64,000 bases of DNA, taken from Escherichia phage PSD2002. A program made the translations under genes and the position numbers. Each line of letters starts with the position of its first letter. The first letter of the stretch is position 1. Location: sequence record OK335775.1. One strand, 5' to 3'. Under the pieces are notes generated by a model. That model saw only the letters and a list, made by a program, of their open reading frames with translations, did no database searches and was not told the origin of the DNA. This document shows positions 42,763 to 53,640 of this stretch, piece after piece.

Positions 42763-44573
42763 TATGCAATCCTCATCCAGCGATGAACAGTTAAGTATGG
42801 TGGTAGAGTATTAACCGGGATAGGAGTGGTTCCTTGAGCCTTATTAATACTGGCTTTATCTTCACGATATTTTGTATAAGCCGGTCCTTGTGAATCAGGG
42901 TCAACTAAACATCCACCTACAAAAATAGGGCCATCGTTATCAGCAATAAGGACTTTATCATCGGTATTAAGTTCAGGGATATTCTCATATTTCAAATTAG
43001 CCACATGAGCGCCACCAGTACCGCCAGCAGTTGACTGTGGAATACCAGCAGAATTCAGATCGTTGTTATTTGCATTAAACAAAGAACTAGCGTCAGGAGA
43101 CCAACCTACCAAGAACACATCAGATAAACGCTTCCATGAACCAAAGCCCATATAAGTTTTAGGGTTATTAGGGTTCACTGTGTTCTCGTAGATAGTTCCT
43201 ACAGGGTAAATTAAATCAAAAAACGTTGCTGCTGTATCTATTGTAATATTGGACGCGGCGACCGGTTCAACGTTAGGTGCAAAAGGATTGTCTACATCAG
43301 TGATACGAACTTGACCTGTTATATCGATAGAAGGCCCTTTAGAAATATAGATGTTGTTGGTATAATCCAAAATCTCATCAATTTCCATGGTGGTACCGAT
43401 ATCATTATTGTACCAAATTACTGTAAGAATATCGCCGTGTTCAAAGTTACGTCCAAATTCAATAGATTCAATCTTGTCTTCAGGAGTCAAATTAAAAATA
43501 TAATCTGATTTAGATTGGGTCCATTGACCACCAGCATTAAAACACTCGGTAGCAGTACGACCATCAGCACCTTCACAATAAAACGAAGGAAGTCCTGCCG
43601 TACCAGCTTGATGAAGTAATGTGCTATTCAGCATAACTTGGCAAGCATTTGGGTTGATAGGACTATTAACAGAAATATTCAAATCTGCGGCCGATATAAC
43701 ATGCGAAGTATTCAAATCAGCCACGAAAGAAGAACCAGGAACAGAAACGTTTTTAGTCAATTCTGAACTTTGGATTGTTATATCACGGCGGTTATAAGAA
43801 CTGCGCCATTGAGCAAGCCCGTCATTATATGATTTGATAATAACAGTATCACCTGCTTCACAAGGATATTTTAAACGGATGTCTTTACCATTCAAGGCAA
43901 CCAATTCACCTGGTTGAGCACCCGGAGAACCGAATTCTGCAGTAGCCGCATCAAAAATATCATCAATACCGTAGAACAAATTGTTACCACGTTGCGAAAC
44001 GCTTAAACTTGCTACGTTATAAGAAAGCCCTGGGAAAATGTCTAGAAAGTCTGTTTGACCTTCAGTGGCAATAAACTGCTTAGTTGCTACAGTAGCGAGG
44101 TCGTTATTTGGAATACGGTTTACTTGCTTATTTTCAACATATTCCCAACGTCCTGGGGCACAATAAACTAATTCAAGGTCAGAGAAGTTGCGAGCAATTT
44201 CTACTTGAGTAGCTGAACCCTTAATGGTATCACCTGTGGCAGGGATTAGGGTTACAGGGTTAGCTTGCCATGAGGAATACACGTCACGTACACGGATAAC
44301 AAAGTTATATTCTTCAGGGGAGCCTTTAGGAAGCTGAACGTTAATACGCCCACCTTGAGTATTAAGGGTATAGCTATGACCCATTACAGCGTTCAACAAA
44401 GCACCATCTGCAGTAGAATGCTGTTTCCAAGCGCCCGCTGCATGCGGGTTGTTGCCATCACCTAATTGGTAATAAAGCTCATTGAAGTTGTTATTAATTT
44501 TAAGACCACCTGCACGCAGGTAATCACCGGACCCGTCATCAACAGCGGAACCTACTTTTAAGTCTTGTTTCAT
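42762..44573 (-). CDS. 10: baseplate wedge gp10
   Basis: 603 aa (T4 gp10 602 aa); synteny. Confidence 0.75.
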   Translation of the reverse strand: MKQDLKVGSAVDDGSGDYLRAGGLKINNNFNELYYQLGDGNNPHAAGAWKQHSTADGALLNAVMGHSYTLNTQGGRINVQLPKGSPEEYNFVIRVRDVYSSWQANPVTLIPATGDTIKGSATQVEIARNFSDLELVYCAPGRWEYVENKQVNRIPNNDLATVATKQFIATEGQTDFLDIFPGLSYNVASLSVSQRGNNLFYGIDDIFDAATAEFGSPGAQPGELVALNGKDIRLKYPCEAGDTVIIKSYNDGLAQWRSSYNRRDITIQSSELTKNVSVPGSSFVADLNTSHVISAADLNISVNSPINPNACQVMLNSTLLHQAGTAGLPSFYCEGADGRTATECFNAGGQWTQSKSDYIFNLTPEDKIESIEFGRNFEHGDILTVIWYNNDIGTTMEIDEILDYTNNIYISKGPSIDITGQVRITDVDNPFAPNVEPVAASNITIDTAATFFDLIYPVGTIYENTVNPNNPKTYMGFGSWKRLSDVFLVGWSPDASSLFNANNNDLNSAGIPQSTAGGTGGAHVANLKYENIPELNTDDKVLIADNDGPIFVGGCLVDPDSQGPAYTKYREDKASINKAQGTTPIPVNTLPPYLTVHRWMRIA

Positions 44574-45433
44574 TATACTGGAACTCCAATAGTTTGGGTT
44601 TCTACGACCTTAATTGCAAGCCTCATAGGATTGACAGAAGAAGCGGTCGCGATAATATAGTTTGATGTATCGAATTTAAAATCTAGGGAATAAATTTCGT
44701 CATCATCTGAAGTTTGTCCACGTTTAATAACAGCGTATTCAGTGGAATAAATCTTTCTAGCTTGGTTGTCGATAAACACAAGGTATTCTGAAGCTTTGTA
44801 AATGGTTTCGTTGGCATTCACTGCCGTAACTAAAAGTTTGACCAATGAATACTGACCGGAATAAACCACCGGAATATCACGAGCGACAGAAGATATATTA
44901 TATGTCTTATTTAATGGAACTCGTTTATCACCAAACATACTTTCAATTGAATAATCCCATACTGCAACGCCGTTTGTATCCGATACACACCATAAAAGAA
45001 CTCGTGTATAAGGTGTTACGATACGCAAAGTCGAAGTTGAATGGCTTGCAAAAGTATCCAATATACGGATTTCAAGATAATTAGTGGAAGAAATACTCCC
45101 GTTAGAGTTGATAATCTCGATTCCTTCACCGACTGCACCTTTTACAGTGGTTAATACGATAGAACCGGTAGAAGCATCGATATCTACCAAAGAGCCTAAA
45201 TCAACTGAACTTGCTTGGTCCGTATCACCAAATTTTTGATAGTAGCCTGTAGCGTGTAATTTCTGACCTGTTAATTCGCCGGTTAAAGCAGTTTTACGTT
45301 GGTCACCGAAAGTATTATAAATGTTGTTTAAGTCAGTGTTCAGTTTAACACCGCCGTCATAAAGAATGTCGCCGGTGCTGGCATTACCAATTTCACCGAC
45401 GTCAATTAGTTCTTTACCAGTTTGCTTAATCAT
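44573..45433 (-). CDS. 9: baseplate wedge / long-fiber socket gp9
   Basis: 286 aa (T4 gp9 288 aa); synteny. Confidence 0.75.
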   Translation of the reverse strand: MIKQTGKELIDVGEIGNASTGDILYDGGVKLNTDLNNIYNTFGDQRKTALTGELTGQKLHATGYYQKFGDTDQASSVDLGSLVDIDASTGSIVLTTVKGAVGEGIEIINSNGSISSTNYLEIRILDTFASHSTSTLRIVTPYTRVLLWCVSDTNGVAVWDYSIESMFGDKRVPLNKTYNISSVARDIPVVYSGQYSLVKLLVTAVNANETIYKASEYLVFIDNQARKIYSTEYAVIKRGQTSDDDEIYSLDFKFDTSNYIIATASSVNPMRLAIKVVETQTIGVPV

Positions 45434-45476
45434 AGGTATGCCTCATTATTGATATACTGTATTTATTAAACCCCGA

Positions 45477-45494
45477 AAGGGCCTTGCGGCCCTT
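45477..45494. terminator. hairpin AAGGGCC-TTGC-GGCCCTT in gp8-gp9 spacer
   Basis: Perfect 7-bp stem with tetraloop; weak T-run only. Confidence 0.35.
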
Positions 45495-45495
45495 A

Positions 45496-46500
45496 TTAGA
45501 ATTCGAAGATAATGTTAATTTCTTCTGTTTGGTCCATGGAACGAATAACCGGAGGACGGTTTTCCATATAAATCATTTCACCGGAATGGCGGGAGAGGTC
45601 TATAACATCATAGTACTCTTTTTCGGCTTTAATGATCGGATCGGATGGGTGAGCTTTAGCTTCTAATGGATTAGAGATTATCGAAAGCTGTCTAAATCCT
45701 TTGTTACCAGGAAGACTAAATTCAGGGAAGTAAACTGAATCTAAGAATGCTTTAAAACGAATGGTATTGCCTTTAATACGATAAATCAATCCATAATCGT
45801 CTTGCTGCCAAGTAAGGTTATTCTCGTATCCCCAACGTTCTGGGTCTTCAGCAATTTCTTCCGGCCATGGAACCACAATATATTCATTAGTGCAACGGTT
45901 GATACTTACATCAGGTGGAATCTCATACAAATATTCCCAGAGATATCCATCACCTGTATCAACCATACCTTCCGTATCGCCTTGTCCTGCAGGGGCTTTA
46001 ACCGATTGTACGTTTGAAGTCCATTTACCACCAAGTTTAATACACTCAGTTTTATTATCAAGGGACAAAATAGAACATGTACCCGATTCAGGAATATCTA
46101 CACAACGATAAACCATCCACCCAGCGCCGACATCAGTACGGTTTTGCGGCTGGCTGTTCGCCACTACAATTTCACCAATCTGGAAAGTAAATGGGTTAGG
46201 ATAAGAGGTATCGCCCCAGTCTTTGCGCGGGACAACACAATCCAACATGCTCTTATAAACCTTAACACAACCCATCATGTTTGTCCAGACGTCTTCTACG
46301 CCCTCAGAATCATCTACAGGATATGGTGGTGCAAAACCCGGGTCATTTTCGTTATCGGCCCATGGTCGGGCCCTTCCGAAAGATACATACATGGTGTTCT
46401 GGTCTTCACCATCACCTATTGTTCTGTAAAAGTTGTACATTTTTTCCGTTCTAAATTTTGAAGTAACAATAGAACGATAAACTACTGTAGAATTAATCAT
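45496..46500 (-). CDS. 8: baseplate wedge gp8
   Basis: 334 aa (T4 gp8 334 aa); synteny. Confidence 0.75.
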   Translation of the reverse strand: MINSTVVYRSIVTSKFRTEKMYNFYRTIGDGEDQNTMYVSFGRARPWADNENDPGFAPPYPVDDSEGVEDVWTNMMGCVKVYKSMLDCVVPRKDWGDTSYPNPFTFQIGEIVVANSQPQNRTDVGAGWMVYRCVDIPESGTCSILSLDNKTECIKLGGKWTSNVQSVKAPAGQGDTEGMVDTGDGYLWEYLYEIPPDVSINRCTNEYIVVPWPEEIAEDPERWGYENNLTWQQDDYGLIYRIKGNTIRFKAFLDSVYFPEFSLPGNKGFRQLSIISNPLEAKAHPSDPIIKAEKEYYDVIDLSRHSGEMIYMENRPPVIRSMDQTEEINIIFEF

Positions 46501-49500
46501 TAATTTTTACCTGAGTTGGAACTTTAGGGTCTCTAGGATTTCCAATACCGTCTTTAAGACGCTTATCAACCAGTGCACGCCAATTGGCAAAGGTCACCAC
46601 ACTTTGGTCAAACAATGGACTATGCTTTTTAATACGTTCGTGTGGTAATTGACCTTGGAATACAGAGAAATCATTTTCTGCATCATAATCGGCAGGAATA
46701 TCAAACGGTTCTCCTGCTTTAGGTCCTACGTTGTACGTTGGAGCACCTGTACGAGGGTCTCGTTCTATATTACCATCAAAACCTATTACAGCAACTCTAT
46801 CATACCATTCAGATGGCAAACCTGAGTCCCATTTATAGTTCTTAAGGATATTAATAATAGTTTCTGTATGTTTTAGCGTTAAACCTACGTTAACAAACAT
46901 AGAAAGCAAAGTTATACCTACAAAGCCGAAACCTACTGGATGAACAAATCTCAAAACATCGTTGCGGTAACGAGAGGTAGGGAGATTAGACTTAATAGTC
47001 ATAACATAATAAGAACGGTTACGGTTGATATAGTCGATATTGTTACTCAAAAGCTCTTTACCACGTACACCCCGAACAATCATACCCTTGAACGAAGTAC
47101 GTTCAGATTTAATTTCCTGACCGACTATAAAACGACCTAAAAGGTTATGAATGGTTAAACGCCATTGCAGTTTACCTTGTTTATAGTTACGTTCAATATA
47201 AGTAACATTACTACGTCCTGTAGGAGTATAAATGGTTTGGCCGACAATATCTTCACTGATATTATCAGATTCTACGATGATATCATATTCGATAGAGTTC
47301 TTGGACTCGATATCAATTTCGACATCTTCGTTGTAAAGCAATTTAAACAGGAATTTATATGAAGCTTCGGTACCTTTAGTAGACCAAAAATCGCTTTGGC
47401 GCGCCTGGAAAAAACGAACAACTTCATCGCGTTTTTCCTTCGACAAATAGATATTACGCTTATAGATTTCTGACCACAAATATTCCCATGAATCTTCTTC
47501 ACGTGGGTATTGGTTACGAATAAGATTCAACAAATTATTATAGTGTGTACCAGAACCATCACTAATAAATTGGAGATAGTATTCACAGAATTTTTCAAAG
47601 TTAGAATCTTGAAGCAAATAACTATCTGGAATCATTTTAACCAGTAAAGGCTGGAGGTCTGGGTCCTGCTCACCAACTTCCTCTTTAGGTTTCCATGGGA
47701 TTTCATGTTCTTGGTTTTGCAATTCTGCCGTAAACATAATTTCTTTAGGCTTCCAAATAACACGGACTTCATCACGCACGCGATAGTCAAATTCAAAATA
47801 TCCAACCAATTCGCCTGTAGATTTGTGAATCATCATTCCGGAAGAATATTTCTTAAAGCCATTAAACTCTATATTAGGAGATGTGACTTTACAAAAACCT
47901 TTATTCCAAATCTCATGAACAATACGTTCAGGTGAAGAACCACTGTTCAGGTCGATAATTTTCTGGTATAAAGCATCATTATAAACAACCATCGCATGGT
48001 CGCCAGTAGTAATCCATGAACGGGTTCCATCACGACGAGACCAACTAAAGAATGGTTCGGCATAATAAGCCATACGCCCAGGTTTAAATTCTTTGAAATC
48101 GGATTTAGAGTTAGACCTAAAACTCATCATCAAATAATGTTTATCGTGAATCCATTGTTCATCTTTAACATATTTAACGGCGGAGGTGACAATTTCAGGG
48201 TATTCCAAAGGAAGCTCAGAATCAACCTCTACTTCATATCTAAAGTTGCTTGAACTGAAAAATAATTCCTCTCCGTCGGTAGACATGCTGGTATATCCAT
48301 GCTCTATACGACGACGTTCTTCTTCTGTGTTTCCAAATACACGAGTCCATGTATCAGTTGAAGTGTCTAACCAATAAACACCTTTGGATTCAGAATCAAC
48401 CACATTGGATTCGACCGTAGGGTCCATTTTTTCTTCTTTAACTTCACCTGTAATTAAAGCAAATGTATGGCCTTGGATAGAATCTAATTTATAACAAACA
48501 GCTTTAGGGTTCCCTGTGATAGTCGAATATCCGCTTTCAAATATCTTCTCTCCATAAGTCGGAGAACTAGGGTCGGTGTCTATAGGGGCTTCAGATGTTT
48601 TTGCTTTATAAACTCTGTCTCTACCGGCAACATAAATGAATTCATCAGATGCGCACATGGCCTCGGCAATAGTAGAAATAGGTAAAGGAAGCTTTGCATA
48701 TGAACCGAATATCTCAATTTCAAATGGAAGGTCGATATCGCTACCTATTTTAGCAAAAGTTACATCTTGGGAACTAAATCTAACGTCATCAGCAGACCAA
48801 CGAATATCACTTGATTTACGTCCGTAAAATATTTGGTCATAACCTAGAACATAAGTGGTCGTGTCGGTTTGGTAGTGTACCGTACGTGAAACAGGGTTAC
48901 CTACTCGGTCATTAAACAAACGGATATAATGCCAGTTCTGCCCTTTATCATTAGAAACCTTAGCGGTACTTTGGAATCTTTCTAAAAGGTAAAGTACGCC
49001 ACCGAGTTCCATTAAAATAGAACGTTTAGGGTCTTTACAAACCGCTTGGATGCTTCCTTGGATTTCATGGAAACGGTCAGCTTTTAAAACATAATTTGAT
49101 ATAGATGACAAATGCGAATATGCAGGGGTAAAGTTAAAATCTTCACTCATCAAAGAAGCCATAATGGCGTCAGTATTAAAGTTCACATAATTCTGATTAT
49201 TTTTTGTGAATTTTTCTTCAATAAATTTATTAGACAAAGTGAATTCGCGCATATGCTCAAATGTATATGCGTTGGTAGAGAAAGTTTCAAATTCTTCAGT
49301 GTAAACCCATTCGGACTGCTCAAACCCCTGGGCGGCCACCGCAACTCGCATTTTATAAAATGAATTAGGAGAAATGAATGCCTCTTCAAACCATTCGTTA
49401 TTAGGGGTGTAACCTAAATTTCTCCAAAATAATCTATCGTCGGGAATTTCTACACCCGCATCCTTCGTTTGGGCCAGTTCTACGAAATAATAGAAGTTGG

Positions 49501-49588
49501 CGCCTACGTCATCCCAAAGAATGCTCACATGGTTAGCCGAGAGTTTATCAATTCTCAGACTAGTAACATAAGGCGCTTGTACAGACAT
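46493..49588 (-). CDS. 7: baseplate wedge gp7
   Basis: 1031 aa (T4 gp7 1032 aa); synteny. Confidence 0.8.
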   Translation of the reverse strand: MSVQAPYVTSLRIDKLSANHVSILWDDVGANFYYFVELAQTKDAGVEIPDDRLFWRNLGYTPNNEWFEEAFISPNSFYKMRVAVAAQGFEQSEWVYTEEFETFSTNAYTFEHMREFTLSNKFIEEKFTKNNQNYVNFNTDAIMASLMSEDFNFTPAYSHLSSISNYVLKADRFHEIQGSIQAVCKDPKRSILMELGGVLYLLERFQSTAKVSNDKGQNWHYIRLFNDRVGNPVSRTVHYQTDTTTYVLGYDQIFYGRKSSDIRWSADDVRFSSQDVTFAKIGSDIDLPFEIEIFGSYAKLPLPISTIAEAMCASDEFIYVAGRDRVYKAKTSEAPIDTDPSSPTYGEKIFESGYSTITGNPKAVCYKLDSIQGHTFALITGEVKEEKMDPTVESNVVDSESKGVYWLDTSTDTWTRVFGNTEEERRRIEHGYTSMSTDGEELFFSSSNFRYEVEVDSELPLEYPEIVTSAVKYVKDEQWIHDKHYLMMSFRSNSKSDFKEFKPGRMAYYAEPFFSWSRRDGTRSWITTGDHAMVVYNDALYQKIIDLNSGSSPERIVHEIWNKGFCKVTSPNIEFNGFKKYSSGMMIHKSTGELVGYFEFDYRVRDEVRVIWKPKEIMFTAELQNQEHEIPWKPKEEVGEQDPDLQPLLVKMIPDSYLLQDSNFEKFCEYYLQFISDGSGTHYNNLLNLIRNQYPREEDSWEYLWSEIYKRNIYLSKEKRDEVVRFFQARQSDFWSTKGTEASYKFLFKLLYNEDVEIDIESKNSIEYDIIVESDNISEDIVGQTIYTPTGRSNVTYIERNYKQGKLQWRLTIHNLLGRFIVGQEIKSERTSFKGMIVRGVRGKELLSNNIDYINRNRSYYVMTIKSNLPTSRYRNDVLRFVHPVGFGFVGITLLSMFVNVGLTLKHTETIINILKNYKWDSGLPSEWYDRVAVIGFDGNIERDPRTGAPTYNVGPKAGEPFDIPADYDAENDFSVFQGQLPHERIKKHSPLFDQSVVTFANWRALVDKRLKDGIGNPRDPKVPTQVKIND

Positions 49589-49615
49589 TAAATCTCCTTA
49601 AACCTCCGAAGAGGC

Positions 49616-51574
49616 TTATATTGTAATTGGTTCCAACTCTATAGTTGTGTACTGAGGACGAAGGTCATCTTCAAATACGATTAAAGAACCGTCTTTGGTA
49701 AAGATGTTGTCTTGGTCTGGCCCTGCATAAAGTTCAATAGACTGGACTTCAAAACGATCGGAAGTAAGGCCTATTGCGGCGATATCCCAGAAAATAAAGT
49801 CCGAGTAATAATCAATTTCGCCAATAACATAGTAGACCGATTGGTCTGCAGGCGCTGCCATTTTATCAAAGTCATCTCCGGTGTAAGGTTGGATGTATTG
49901 GTTTTCAATTACATCGCCAGGTCGGAAAGGACCTATAACCATTTTACCATCGCCTCGTTCGTCTTTATCTGTGGCAACAATACGTACGTTGTAAGATTTA
50001 ACAACATCAGATACGTTTGTTGGGACGAACTCAAATTCACTAGAAGTTACAGAACGGTTGGTGTATTGATTATAGTATTTAATACCCGCTTCAGGTGTTT
50101 TGAAGAAGTTTAATACCTCGCGAACCATTGTTACCGTAGCCGAAGAGCCAAGGATACTGTGGTCTGCATTATCAATATAAGTCAGCATTTTAGACTTGGC
50201 AAATCCGTGGTTGAATATTTCAACTTCGTTAATATAATAACGGTCTATTTGGGAAAGGATTTGGGCCGTTAACCATTGTTCGGATTCCTGTAATTTGTTC
50301 AGTGCATATGAAACCTTAATTTTATGCTTCAAGAACAAGTAGTCAGGAGAAATAACCGAAGGGGTAATAGGTGCCAAGTTAAATTCTGAAAGATAATTTT
50401 GGATATCTTCGCGTTGAACCGCAGTCAAATACAATCCTGATTTAGGTTTAATGGTAACAAAGGCATAACCTGGTTTATTTGGGTCTGTAAAGGTTTGTAC
50501 TGCTTGTACAATAGAACCAAATCGCTCCGAAACGAATGTATCATAATCTGTACCGGTTACAGCACGCATCTGGGCTTCACGTTTAACTACAGCAAGTTCA
50601 CGAATACGTTCAATATCTTCAGGGTCACCACCACCGTCAGCACCTACATAATCCGGGTTTTCATCGTAGTTTTCTGTAATTTTTTCAACCGTAATATATG
50701 CCAAAGAATCCGCATAACTAAAGTCCACTGCCCCGTTAGCAACTTCACCATCTGTACGAAGGTATTCTATAACAATGGTAGCATCTTTAACAGGTTTTAA
50801 ACCACCAATATAATTAGCTTCTAATACCCCACCTGCAACTGATTTTTCAGCAACACCTTCACCAAAGAAGAATTCAGTATTACCATCTACGGTTTCACGC
50901 ATATAGTAAATTGTTGATGTACTACCAGCATGAACCATGGATTTATTAGTCCAGTTAGTCCATTCTGCGCCATCGACATAAAGTTTAACTTCCTGTCTAT
51001 CAATATCCGGGTCACGAATAAGAATAGGAGTTTTAGGGTCATACTTAAGTTCAGTACGGATAATACGACCTTGTGCTAAAGATACGATAGGAAGATATTG
51101 GTTATTAACATCACGTACGGCAATAACGTTTTCCGTGGTAACAAAAGAATACGGGTCTGCTGAAGTATCACGGGCATAGGCCAAGAATTTAGTACCACGT
51201 GGGATACGAATATTCTTTTCATTCAGGGCTTGGGTACAGGTCAACATGATACTTGTTTTGGCTGCTGATTTAGAACTTGGCAAATAGCCGTTATCCTGTG
51301 CAGCCTGGACGACGGAGGAACGCAAGTTAGCAGTACCGATGAAAGATTCATATACCGCGGTATTAGCAAACTGCTGCATATACAGGGTGTTGTAAGCTAA
51401 CATGTCAATCAGGATATTCATTCGCGAACCAACGAAATCGTAATCCTTAAATTCGTCCTGGCTAGAAAGCCAATCGATAATATTCTTTTTAATCTCTTCA
51501 AACGTAGCTCCCACAAATACTTTTGGGATAGCGTTAACGGTTCTTGTTAATTGGTAATTCGTAGGAGTAGCCAT
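49616..51574 (-). CDS. 6: baseplate wedge gp6
   Basis: 652 aa; N-terminal region (NYQLTRT.NAIP..FVG.TF.EIK...DYDF.GSR.N.L.D.LAYNTLY.QQF) closely resembles T4 gp6. Confidence 0.9.
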   Translation of the reverse strand: MATPTNYQLTRTVNAIPKVFVGATFEEIKKNIIDWLSSQDEFKDYDFVGSRMNILIDMLAYNTLYMQQFANTAVYESFIGTANLRSSVVQAAQDNGYLPSSKSAAKTSIMLTCTQALNEKNIRIPRGTKFLAYARDTSADPYSFVTTENVIAVRDVNNQYLPIVSLAQGRIIRTELKYDPKTPILIRDPDIDRQEVKLYVDGAEWTNWTNKSMVHAGSTSTIYYMRETVDGNTEFFFGEGVAEKSVAGGVLEANYIGGLKPVKDATIVIEYLRTDGEVANGAVDFSYADSLAYITVEKITENYDENPDYVGADGGGDPEDIERIRELAVVKREAQMRAVTGTDYDTFVSERFGSIVQAVQTFTDPNKPGYAFVTIKPKSGLYLTAVQREDIQNYLSEFNLAPITPSVISPDYLFLKHKIKVSYALNKLQESEQWLTAQILSQIDRYYINEVEIFNHGFAKSKMLTYIDNADHSILGSSATVTMVREVLNFFKTPEAGIKYYNQYTNRSVTSSEFEFVPTNVSDVVKSYNVRIVATDKDERGDGKMVIGPFRPGDVIENQYIQPYTGDDFDKMAAPADQSVYYVIGEIDYYSDFIFWDIAAIGLTSDRFEVQSIELYAGPDQDNIFTKDGSLIVFEDDLRPQYTTIELEPITI

Positions 51575-51575
51575 T

Positions 51576-53639
51576 TTAATTCCTAGTAGGAGATTCTAAA
51601 CAAGGTATGCAAATGGAAAGGGATGGAAATGCAATCGTTAAACCGAATATTCCCAGCATCTTATTAATCCATTGTACCACCTTACTTAAGGATAATGTTG
51701 ATATTTGGTTATACATTGATTTGCACAAGTCTTTCATTGACCTGGAACCATCAGTAAATTCGTGATATAAAGATTTTGCTTTAGTTACTGAGTTCTCGTA
51801 TATAACCATGATATCATCTACAGTAGCTCCGAGCATACCGAGAAGTTCTTCCATTTGAGCCACAATAGGAAGTTTTTTGAATTCTTCTAAAGCCATATCT
51901 AATACATCAGAAACGGAGGTTTGACTTTCGGTAATAGAGTTCTTAATCTGATTATATTTATTCTTTAAAAGTTCGAGTGCAGCTTCAGCTTGTGCTAATG
52001 CGGCTTCCTTCTGAGCAGTTAGCTCGTCTGTAACTTTTTCGTACATTCCTGAAAGATATTGTTTAAATTCAATAGCTTGTTTTTGTACTTCTTGCTTTTT
52101 GAGCTTAATCTCATTCCACAGATTGAGTGCCTGGGTTTTAAGAGCCTCAATCATTGCATAAGCTTCGTCTATTTTCTGGTCTACCTTTTCCATAACCATT
52201 TGATAAACATCTGATGCTGTGAATCCTGGAAAGTTACCGCTCATTATCATGTCCAGTGGTTTAACTTGCTTCATCATTTCCTTGACCGCAGTAATAACGC
52301 TCCAAACTGGGTTCGGAACTATAGGAGGCATACTCCATATTTGAGCGAGGTCTACACACAGTTTTGATAATGCAACACCAGCCATAAGCAATTGAGACCA
52401 GGCCCAGTCATACAAGTCTGTAATTGCATCAATAAGGTCACGCGAATACATCTTGACGCGTTCAACCGAATAATCGTATGCAGACCCAATGGCAGAATAA
52501 ATCGATTGGATGGTTTCTTCTAAATTAAAGTTTTTCCATGCTTCTTTTAATTTCTGTACACCATCACCTGAAGTGCAGAGGTCTTCTAGGTCAATAGTCA
52601 TGCCCATAATAGTAATCGAGGGTAAAAAGCTTTTAAGTAAGTCCCACCCACCGCCAACAATATCCAAGACCTGTGATATGGCATCTTTAAATGCAAGAAA
52701 AGCCATTTGCTGAACATATTGACACATAGCAACAGCTGAGTTGCCTAGCTCTTCCATTGCGACCGATAGCTTACTATAACCAGAATCGAAGAATTTTTCC
52801 CAATCGGTTCCACCAGATGATGGCCATCCAGGGAGCATATCCCAATATAATTTGAATGAATTCCTAGATGTATTCCATGAAGCCATAATCGCATTGGTCA
52901 ATCCGTTGTAAGGGAATTCCGCTGTAAAAGGAACACAGCTTATTGCCCTGGCTCGCCCGGTTATTTCTGGCGGTAAAGACCCGATGGATACCGGTCCCGG
53001 AATCGGAGTTCCTGGGATACTCATATCAACATCTAGATTTAATACCAGTCCAACATAAGTACAAGGTTTTGTCTCATAGTACTTCAAATAAGCCCTGCGG
53101 GAGTCACCAAGGCCGTTAAAGTTGACATACATATGATAATCAGCCGTAACTGCAATCATCGTCCTGGGGTCCATTCTGGGGCCTTGTGATGTCCATACAC
53201 CGCCACAGTTTTCGATGCGATACATATCATATTCAATAGATGTTTTATACAATACAGATTTTGATAAATCAGCGCCGTACCAATCATTACCGGGCAAAAG
53301 AGTTGCACCAATCGATTCTACATAATTTTCTAAATCCAATTGCGTAATAAAGAATATTCCGAGTTTAGCACACCAGATACCTTGACTTGTTCCATCTTCC
53401 GGTGGGGGAGGTGCAGGAAAAGTTTCGGACTTATTACCAAATGGATTTTGTGTGTATAAATGTGTAGCTAGTGGAATAATCTCGGTATCCCATTCAACGC
53501 CATTCCCAGGTTGAATAAAAGCACCTGTTGGGTTATATAATTCCCATTTAACCCGGCGATATTCACCGGGTCCTACTGCGTCATCACAGGGACTTGTTAC
53601 AGTCCCTACCACTTCATCAACTTTATCGTAGTAATTCAT
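51576..53639 (-). CDS. hypothetical protein of unknown family (687 aa from ATG; 695 aa if GTG start) between gp5 and gp6
   Basis: Long uninterrupted ORF tightly packed in the baseplate operon; C-terminal coiled-coil and hydrophobic tail; no motif I recognise; T4 has only small 5.x ORFs here. Confidence 0.6.
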   Translation of the reverse strand: MNYYDKVDEVVGTVTSPCDDAVGPGEYRRVKWELYNPTGAFIQPGNGVEWDTEIIPLATHLYTQNPFGNKSETFPAPPPPEDGTSQGIWCAKLGIFFITQLDLENYVESIGATLLPGNDWYGADLSKSVLYKTSIEYDMYRIENCGGVWTSQGPRMDPRTMIAVTADYHMYVNFNGLGDSRRAYLKYYETKPCTYVGLVLNLDVDMSIPGTPIPGPVSIGSLPPEITGRARAISCVPFTAEFPYNGLTNAIMASWNTSRNSFKLYWDMLPGWPSSGGTDWEKFFDSGYSKLSVAMEELGNSAVAMCQYVQQMAFLAFKDAISQVLDIVGGGWDLLKSFLPSITIMGMTIDLEDLCTSGDGVQKLKEAWKNFNLEETIQSIYSAIGSAYDYSVERVKMYSRDLIDAITDLYDWAWSQLLMAGVALSKLCVDLAQIWSMPPIVPNPVWSVITAVKEMMKQVKPLDMIMSGNFPGFTASDVYQMVMEKVDQKIDEAYAMIEALKTQALNLWNEIKLKKQEVQKQAIEFKQYLSGMYEKVTDELTAQKEAALAQAEAALELLKNKYNQIKNSITESQTSVSDVLDMALEEFKKLPIVAQMEELLGMLGATVDDIMVIYENSVTKAKSLYHEFTDGSRSMKDLCKSMYNQISTLSLSKVVQWINKMLGIFGLTIAFPSLSICIPCLESPTRN

Positions 53640-53640
53640 A

